Shown: positions 1 to 5,919 of the stretch, piece after piece
How positions within the stretch are numbered: the stretch's first letter is position 1
Layout of the letters: each line of letters opens with the position of its first letter
Origin: Promethearchaeota archaeon
GTDB taxonomy: Archaea; Asgardarchaeota; Lokiarchaeia; Sigyniarchaeales; SOKP01
Length of the DNA: 30,682 bases
Reading direction: 5' to 3'
Assembly (NCBI GenBank): GCA_016930515.1
Contig: JAFGGO010000063.1
Coordinates: forward strand, 1 to 30,682
Notes under the pieces: generated by a model
Databases searched by the model: none
What the model saw: only the letters and a program-made list of their open reading frames with translations
What the model was told of the DNA's origin: nothing
Translations under genes and position numbers: made by a program

Positions 1-116
1 AAATTAAAAACTCGGACCAAAAGGATAAAAAATCCTAAAAATATATCCCATTGACCATCGTTATACATTGATTTATAGAGCTTTTTTTCCACTTCTTTAA
101 TGTAAAATTCTTGCGA
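1..116 (-). CDS. Fourth paralog of the tandem membrane-protein family (5' part only; runs off the window)
   Basis: Not in the ORF track. Manual translation gives (S)QEFYIKEVEKKLYKSMYNDGQWDIFLGFFILLVRVFN, matching the N-termini of the three neighbours (QEFNMKQVKNNLYKSTFEDGTWDIFMG). RBS AGGTGA at 123-128; the codon at the expected start position is TCG. Confidence 0.85.
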
Positions 117-130
117 GATTATTCACCTTT

Positions 131-730
131 TTATTCTTGCCCATCGTTTTGTAAAGGGTGTTGTTTTACAAACTTGATTAGAATGTAAATGCCAATGGAT
201 ATAATTCCCATGCATACCATTAAGAATAGAATCGACTCAATCATTGAATACTCTCCTATGGTGAGCGCTACCAATAAAATTGCAATATAAACGCCCTCTA
301 TCACCATTGAATAGTAATATAAACGAGTGAATTTCACGAGATATGCAATTATAACCATCACGACTGGGATGAAAAGCGACATTATCATCGATATGGGAGC
401 GCCTTTAGTGATGCCAAATATGGATGTAAGTATAAATAATGTTAGAATTATCGCGGCTAATAGTAATCCTACCACCCATTTACTTCGATTGGATTTAAAT
501 ATCTTATCTAGTTCTACCCTTCCTTTTCGAGAATCAACCAAGCGAGATTTGATAATGCCCAGAAAAGAAAAACTAATAATATATACGAGAAAAATGGATA
601 CATTGGGAATCAAATACGGAATTACATGCACGAGTAAAAATACTATTCCAATGAAAATATCCCACATTCCATCGCTAAATGTTGATTTATAAAGGCTATT
701 CTTTACTTCTTTCATGTTAAATTCATTCAC
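131..730 (-). CDS. Multi-pass membrane protein, tandem paralog
   Basis: About 6 hydrophobic segments. Shared motifs DGxWDIxxG, RKGRV, RLYYY and KQHP. GTG start after AGGTGG. Confidence 0.9.
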   Translation of the reverse strand: MNEFNMKEVKNSLYKSTFSDGMWDIFIGIVFLLVHVIPYLIPNVSIFLVYIISFSFLGIIKSRLVDSRKGRVELDKIFKSNRSKWVVGLLLAAIILTLFILTSIFGITKGAPISMIMSLFIPVVMVIIAYLVKFTRLYYYSMVIEGVYIAILLVALTIGEYSMIESILFLMVCMGIISIGIYILIKFVKQHPLQNDGQE

Positions 731-1400
731 GATTTTCCACCTCAGTTTTATTTATTTGATCTCCCTTGGTAAAAGGATGTTGTTTTAAAAACCGAATCAG
801 TAAATATAATCCTACCAAAACGACACACGATCCCAATACAAGAAATATCCACGCAACTAATGTCTCAATTGATACTAAAAATAATTCAAATAACGCGGAG
901 ACTAGAATTATGCCACCTGAAATTAGGGCATAATAATACAAGCGAATGAATTTCGTAAGATACGCGATTACTACCAAAAATGCAATAAAAGCCAGTTCAA
1001 AGATAACATTCAATAAGACTTCTAAAGCGATGGGATCTAAGGCAAAATCAATGTATTTAGGATCGAATATTAATACGCTAATAATTGATGCAGTAACTCC
1101 TATAAATGGTATCAGAAACGGTATTAAGAAAAATACGATTATAATGATATTTTGATTTCTCTTGTTTATTTTTTCAATTTTCACACGCCCCTTTCGTGGT
1201 AAAATAATATATTTTCTAATAAGATAAGGGATTAAAAAACCGATAAATAGGAAAATAAAGCTCACACCTTGCATGTTGAAAATGATATTTATAAATCGAG
1301 AAATTATGAGATACAATCCCATAAAAATATCCCATGTTCCGTCTTCAAATGTTGATTTATAGAGGTTATTTTTCACTTGTTTCATATTAAATTCTTGCAC
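723..1400 (-). CDS. Multi-pass membrane protein, tandem paralog
   Basis: Same motifs (DGTWDIFMG, PRKGRV, RLYYY, KQHP). Overlaps the next gene by 8 nt. Confidence 0.9.
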   Translation of the reverse strand: MQEFNMKQVKNNLYKSTFEDGTWDIFMGLYLIISRFINIIFNMQGVSFIFLFIGFLIPYLIRKYIILPRKGRVKIEKINKRNQNIIIIVFFLIPFLIPFIGVTASIISVLIFDPKYIDFALDPIALEVLLNVIFELAFIAFLVVIAYLTKFIRLYYYALISGGIILVSALFELFLVSIETLVAWIFLVLGSCVVLVGLYLLIRFLKQHPFTKGDQINKTEVENRE

Positions 1401-1413
1401 GAATTTCCGCCTT

Positions 1414-2004
1414 TTAAGAGTGATCTAGATTGTTTTCAAGTTTTGGGTGTTCTTTCACATATTTGATTAACATGTAGGTTCCGACTGAAATGATAATCAA
1501 ACTAATAAACAGAAACATTACTGCTTCTATTTCGGATGTTGTATTTAAATTAAAGAAGTACCATAATGAAACAAGAAAAGCGATTTCCATAGCTAGGGAA
1601 TAATAATATAAGCGTTTGTAATTAATAATGTAAGCTGCGATTATTAGAACACCTGGCAATACCGTCATTAAAGAATGTGTTAAAAGCGAATCCTTGCCAA
1701 TTTGTAAAAAAACTATGGCAAGACCTAATAAACCTCCGATTCCTAGAGCTACAAACGGTGCGTAATCCTTGTATCGAAAATCATCAAGTTCCACTCGCCC
1801 CATCCTCGGAATTAATACTTTTTTTTGTACTATCCTAAGTATTATGTTTATCGTTACCCAATATGCGAAACATTCTAAATATGGCAAGTTGAACAAATTT
1901 CCAATGACATAAACGAATAATAACAAGGATCCAATCATTATATCCCACATTCCGTCCTTGAAAATCGATTGATTGAGTCTACTTTTCGTTTTCTTTAAAT
2001 TCAT
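1414..2004 (-). CDS. Multi-pass membrane protein, first gene of the paralog operon (possible ATT start at 2013)
   Basis: Motifs DGMWDIMIG, PRMGRV, RLYYY and KEHP. Confidence 0.9.
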   Translation of the reverse strand: MNLKKTKSRLNQSIFKDGMWDIMIGSLLLFVYVIGNLFNLPYLECFAYWVTINIILRIVQKKVLIPRMGRVELDDFRYKDYAPFVALGIGGLLGLAIVFLQIGKDSLLTHSLMTVLPGVLIIAAYIINYKRLYYYSLAMEIAFLVSLWYFFNLNTTSEIEAVMFLFISLIIISVGTYMLIKYVKEHPKLENNLDHS

Positions 2005-2049
2005 TTCTTGAATGGTTTTTCACTTGTTTTTTTTTAATTTTATTTTAGT

Positions 2050-2117
2050 TGCACTGTTTGACAGTGCATTGTTACATTATTAGATAACTTAGTATTTAAA
2101 CTCTGCGATACAGTGCA
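2050..2117 (-). promoter_or_regulatory. Promoter with two operator-like boxes for the membrane-protein operon
   Basis: Perfect inverted repeat TGCACTGT-TTG-ACAGTGCA (2050-2068) and a degenerate copy ACTCTG-CGATA-CAGTGCA (2100-2117) flank a minus-strand TATA box TTTAAATA (2093-2100). Confidence 0.65.
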
Positions 2118-2226
2118 GTCTGTTGAACAATAAAGTAACTTCAAAGAAGAAATTTTTGAATTTAAATGAATTAAAGGGGTAAAACGATGTTTTATCGATA
2201 GAACACTTATTATCAATGAGATTGCA

Positions 2227-2400
2227 TTGAAAGAACGAAAATGTTCTGAATGTGGTAAAAACTTGAAATGATAAGACTTTTGTCTTAAAAATTATCTATT
2301 CGGAAAGAAATATTTATTTTTGATTTAGGATTTTGATTATGTTGTACTTTTTTGTTGCTCGTATTTCAAGTTAAAAGATTCGGAAGAAATATCATTTTAA
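2227..2400 (+). pseudogene. Decayed small Zn-finger protein gene (CxxC...CCxC type)
   Basis: A single frame reads LKERKCSECGKNLK**DFCLKNYLFGKKYLFLI*DFDYVVLFCCSYFKLKDSEEISF*, with in-frame stops at 2269, 2272 and 2326. Confidence 0.65.
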
Positions 2401-2483
2401 GGAGTTTTTAAATCACTCGATTAATCTGAAATTAGCATTTAAAGGTTTAATAACAATGACTCGTTTATTGATCATGATTATAA

Positions 2484-4280
2484 ATGTTCTTCGTACAGGA
2501 AATTCGAGCAAAAATAATATCCATCCTAAAAAATAACGGTTCGGAAATCAATTATAACAATCTACGCTTTAAAATCGCCCAAGTTCTCCCTGATGGCATT
2601 TATATAAGTCAAGGTTATATCGAATTACCTGAAAACAAAAAGAGCGAATTTTTTGAGTTAATACTATCGCGTGATATAAGCTCAAAAAATTCTCCTTTAA
2701 CTGAAAAAACTATCGGTTATGAAAATGTTTTAGCAATCGTGGAATGTGAGACCCATATAAGCTCAATGATCGGAACATTACAAAAATTAGTTAATTTGAA
2801 AAAAATAAGAAATCGGGAAACGGTAATAAGCAAGAAAAAAAATTTATGTAAGGAGTATCCTTCTAAATTCGAATTGAAGAACACCAGTAAACCATATCTC
2901 CTCGTTTATCTCTTTGATAAAGAATATGAGGGGAGAAACAACGAAGCCTCTGTAATGGATCTTTATAATCAGACAAGTAAATTTAAAATGAAAGAACTTC
3001 CAGACGAGATGATTGTAGATGGTAAAGACTTATGGTTCTTGAATCCAGACCTTTTCAAGAAGAAGTTAAATGGATACGAGATCGGTTGGAGTCGACGAGA
3101 AGTATTAAATTGCCCTCAGTCGTGCTATATATGCAATAAAAAAATAATTCGCCAGCATTTTTTTTACGAACAATTGTGCATGAGTTGTGGGGATTTGAAC
3201 TATTTAAAACGCGTTCAAACAGCTGATTTATCTGAAAAGATTGCTTTGGTATCCGGCGCTCGTGTGAAAATCGGATATTATGTTTGTTTACGCTTGCTTC
3301 GGGCAGGAGCTCAAGTAATTGCGTTAACGAGATTTCCACACGATGCGGCTCTGAGATATTTGAGAGAAAAAGACTTTAATGATTGGAAGGATAGGTTGCA
3401 TGTTTACGGATTGGATTTTCGAGACATTGGAAGCGTAAATTTATTCATTCAGTTTTTAAAAAATAAATATTCCTATATAGATATCATTATTAACAACGCT
3501 GCTCAGACCGTCAGGCATCCTCCTATTTATTATAGTCACCTGATGGATAACGAGCGAAAGGCACTTCACGAGCTTCCAGAATCCACTAGGGGGCTCTTAC
3601 AGGGCATAAAAGATTTTTACGAAATTGGCAACCAGAAACTCTTGGAAAGCAATGAAAAATATGACCTCGTTCCTATGATGGTGCCCAAGTTTCAAAAATC
3701 CGCAGAACTATCGCAAATTCCCCTAAGCGAGGAAGATAACTACGAATATGGTGAAACATACCCTAAAGGACAATACGATCAATATGGGGAACAACTCGAT
3801 CTCCGAGATTTTAACTCGTGGGTAATGCGGATGGATGACGTCAGCGTTCCTGAAATATTAGAGGTTCAATTGATCAATCAAGTAGTTCCTACAATGTTTG
3901 TCAGCAAATTAAAAACAATGCTAAAAGCAAGTCCACATCAAGTAAAATATATCGTAAATGTATCTTCTCCAGAAGGGCAATTTCGATTTGATAAAGAAAA
4001 CCGCCACCCTCATACTTGTATGGCAAAAGCAGCACTAAACATGCTTACATTTAGTATCGCAGAAGATTATGCACAGGATAAGATATTCGTTACCTGTGCT
4101 GATCCTGGATGGGTTACCGAACAATTTCCCTTGAAAGGACGGAGCAAGAAAAATCGCAAATTTGCAATCGATTTAGAAGACGCTGCGGCTCGAGTGTGCG
4201 ATCCAATTTTTATGGGGGAAAACGAGCATAAATATTGGCGAGGGTATTTTTTTCGGCACTATAAAAAATCGGACTGGTAA
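2484..4280 (+). CDS. Atypical SDR-family NAD(P)-dependent oxidoreductase with Zn-finger and ~190-aa N-terminal extra domain
   Basis: CYIC...HFFYEQLCMSC Zn motif, Rossmann ALVSGARVKIG, IINNAAQT, IVNVSS, HPHTCMAKAALN (Tyr-less catalytic motif) and ADPGWV. Confidence 0.85.
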   Translation: MFFVQEIRAKIISILKNNGSEINYNNLRFKIAQVLPDGIYISQGYIELPENKKSEFFELILSRDISSKNSPLTEKTIGYENVLAIVECETHISSMIGTLQKLVNLKKIRNRETVISKKKNLCKEYPSKFELKNTSKPYLLVYLFDKEYEGRNNEASVMDLYNQTSKFKMKELPDEMIVDGKDLWFLNPDLFKKKLNGYEIGWSRREVLNCPQSCYICNKKIIRQHFFYEQLCMSCGDLNYLKRVQTADLSEKIALVSGARVKIGYYVCLRLLRAGAQVIALTRFPHDAALRYLREKDFNDWKDRLHVYGLDFRDIGSVNLFIQFLKNKYSYIDIIINNAAQTVRHPPIYYSHLMDNERKALHELPESTRGLLQGIKDFYEIGNQKLLESNEKYDLVPMMVPKFQKSAELSQIPLSEEDNYEYGETYPKGQYDQYGEQLDLRDFNSWVMRMDDVSVPEILEVQLINQVVPTMFVSKLKTMLKASPHQVKYIVNVSSPEGQFRFDKENRHPHTCMAKAALNMLTFSIAEDYAQDKIFVTCADPGWVTEQFPLKGRSKKNRKFAIDLEDAAARVCDPIFMGENEHKYWRGYFFRHYKKSDW

Positions 4281-4301
4281 GGAAAATTAGACTAATAAAA
4301 T

Positions 4302-5192
4302 CTACATCCATTTTCCTAAACTCGATTGGTCCATGGCGTCGGGATCCTCTCCAATATTCATGAGTTTTAGCATCACATCCAAGTTCAAGTATCTCTCGGT
4401 TAAACTCTTGATTTTTTCAAATTCACCCCCTCGAATTAATAATTCTCGAATCTTCCCCGAAGCTCGAAATGCGTATCGTACATATTGAAGTGCCGTTTTA
4501 AATCCATATATGAGAAGAAGATCGTGAACTTGAGTTAAAAATAAACCAGGACTGGAAAGACACTCCCATTCTTTCATTAATTTAGTGGAATTATTTGTTA
4601 AGCTATTAGCGTTCGATATCATCTCCTTTAATTTGTTTTTATCAATATTATTTTTTGGATATCGTATTGGGAGATTTAAAAGGCATCTGAAAGGAGTAGA
4701 TATGGTATATAAACGGAAGTAATGTTTTAAAAGACCATATACATAATATCTATTTCTGGTGGTATAACCAATTCCTTCTGTCTTCGAGTATGGGATTCCA
4801 AGGTACTCACGCACTTCCTTATAGTCTGCTAAACTCCCTTTTTCGTGAGAAATTAAAAAGGAATAAGCGGAATAAACCACGATCCCGTATCGAGCGGGAA
4901 GCACATAAACATATCGCAATGGTAAGGTGTTTTCAAGAAGTTCGAGGTCAGTGTAATTATCTAAAGACATGAACCCATTAAGCATCTCTACGATCTCTTC
5001 GGATTGCTGTAATTGTTCCGGGGTTTCGCGATGGATCCACACGCTCTTACTATAAGGGACCTTACTGGGCATGACTCTATGGTCGCCTGCTATTTTGCTT
5101 AAATAATTGAAAGTTAACCCCCATTCTGATTTCCAATGAGGACTTTTGAAGTGATACCTTGATTTTTTATATTTTTGGTGTTGATTTTCCAT
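4302..5192 (-). CDS. Hypothetical protein with C-terminal PIP-box-like motif, directly downstream of the ncRNA array
   Basis: 296-aa ORF, Tyr/Arg/Lys-rich, ending QSSLGKWM (QxxLxxW-hydrophobic). No family confidently recognised. Confidence 0.8.
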   Translation of the reverse strand: MENQHQKYKKSRYHFKSPHWKSEWGLTFNYLSKIAGDHRVMPSKVPYSKSVWIHRETPEQLQQSEEIVEMLNGFMSLDNYTDLELLENTLPLRYVYVLPARYGIVVYSAYSFLISHEKGSLADYKEVREYLGIPYSKTEGIGYTTRNRYYVYGLLKHYFRLYTISTPFRCLLNLPIRYPKNNIDKNKLKEMISNANSLTNNSTKLMKEWECLSSPGLFLTQVHDLLLIYGFKTALQYVRYAFRASGKIRELLIRGGEFEKIKSLTERYLNLDVMLKLMNIGEDPDAMDQSSLGKWM

Positions 5193-5219
5193 TTTTCAAC
5201 GCTTTTTGCGTATTTTTCG

Positions 5220-5330
5220 TTAGGACAGGTTTCAAACATTCGTTTGCGTTTCAAAAATGCTTTTCTTTTGAAACTGGTTTTTTATCATCGTGTTCAAAAA
5301 GAACACTCAAATTTTATGTCCTAATACAGT
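5220..5330 (-). ncRNA. Structured ncRNA unit 1 (proximal; likely also the 5' leader of the 296-aa gene)
   Basis: ACUGUA-[UUAGGACA]-UAAAAU-UUGA-[GUGUUC/GAACAC]-GAU-GAUA-AAAAACCA-[GUUUCAAAAG AAAAGCA UUUUUGAAAC]-G-[CAAAC/GUUUG]-AAACC-[UGUCCUAA]. Confidence 0.75.
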
Positions 5331-5387
5331 TATGAGATTCTAGTATACTTATAATAAAAAATTTATTGATCATAAATTAAAAAAGGG

Positions 5388-5505
5388 TTTAGAACAGGTT
5401 CAGAAAACGCACGTTTTCTTACAAAAAATGTAGTTCTTTTTGTATTGTTTTTCCATCATCGTCCTTTGAAATTTTAAAGAACTCAGTCAATGTGTTCTAA
5501 ACAGT
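5388..5505 (-). ncRNA. Structured ncRNA unit 2
   Basis: ACUG-[UUUAGAACA]-CAUUGA-CUGA-[GUUCUUU/AAAGGAC]-GAU-GAUG-GAAAAACAA-[UACAAAAAG AACUACA UUUUUUGUA]-[AGAAAAC/GUUUUCU]-GAACC-[UGUUCUAAA], followed by CCCUUUUUU. Confidence 0.75.
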
Positions 5506-5579
5506 TTTTACATAATAAGAAAAAAGTATTTAAAAAATTATTTACACTAAATGCCTTTAATATAATAATATAAGAATTA

Positions 5580-5698
5580 TTAGGGCAGGTTTCCGAGTAG
5601 GACTTACTCGGCAGAAAACGTGCCTTTCGGTTTTCTGTTGTTTATTCATCATTGTTCTCATTAAAACGGAAGAACTCAATTTTCGTGCCCTAAACAGT
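5580..5698 (-). ncRNA. Structured ncRNA unit 3
   Basis: ACUGU-[UUAGGGCA]-CGAAAA-UUGA-[GUUCU/AGAAC]-AAU-GAUG-AAUAAACAA-[CAGAAAAC(C)G AAAGGCA CGUUUUCUG]-[CCGAGUA/UACUCGG]-AAACC-[UGCCCUAA]. Confidence 0.75.
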
Positions 5699-5769
5699 TA
5701 CTTAAATTATAAGAAAATTTTAAAGAAAAAGTTTAGTATGAAATTAAAGAGTTTTTTAGAAAAAAGCCT

Positions 5770-5860
5770 TTTAGGACAGGTTAGCAATCAAACTATTACC
5801 CGATAAAATGTATTTTTTTATCGCTATTTTTCCACTCTGTTTTCCAGTATCCTAAACAGT
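5770..5860 (-). ncRNA. Structured ncRNA unit 4 (short variant lacking the kink-turn arm)
   Basis: ACUG-[UUUAGGAUA]-[CUG GAAAA CAG]-AGUGGAAAAAUAG-[CGAUAAAA AAAUACA UUUUAUCG]-[GGUAAU/AUUGCU]-AACC-[UGUCCUAAA], followed by GGCUUUUUU. Confidence 0.7.
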
Positions 5861-5919
5861 AATTAATTAATACATAAATCTAGTTTAAAAATCTTTTAAA
5901 CTCAATTCTAATCTGGACT

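Noticed and set aside
4650-4740. HYFR as a tyrosine-recombinase HxxR motif in the 296-aa protein
   Set aside because: No properly spaced downstream LGH/W and catalytic Tyr.
5220-5860. CRISPR or TIGR-type array
   Set aside because: No identical direct repeats. Units are 90-120 nt with conserved structure rather than sequence, the period is irregular, and no cas or recognisable Nop-domain gene is adjacent.
5220-5860. SECIS elements (Lokiarchaeia have eukaryote-like GA-quartet SECIS)
   Set aside because: The upstream 716-aa gene has no in-frame UGA and ends in TAA. The k-turn polarity is opposite to SECIS, and unit 3 lacks the required 3' GA.
5220-5860. tRNA genes or hammerhead ribozymes
   Set aside because: No T-loop (UUCRA), D-loop GG or U33. 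The UGAUGA and GAAAC-like words are not arranged as a hammerhead core.
5220-5860. MITEs, REP elements or integron attC sites
   Set aside because: The inverted ends are only 8-9 bp and covary, and the conserved ACAGT lies outside them on one side only. The arm order is opposite to attC and no transposase or integrase is present. Disfavoured rather than formally excluded.
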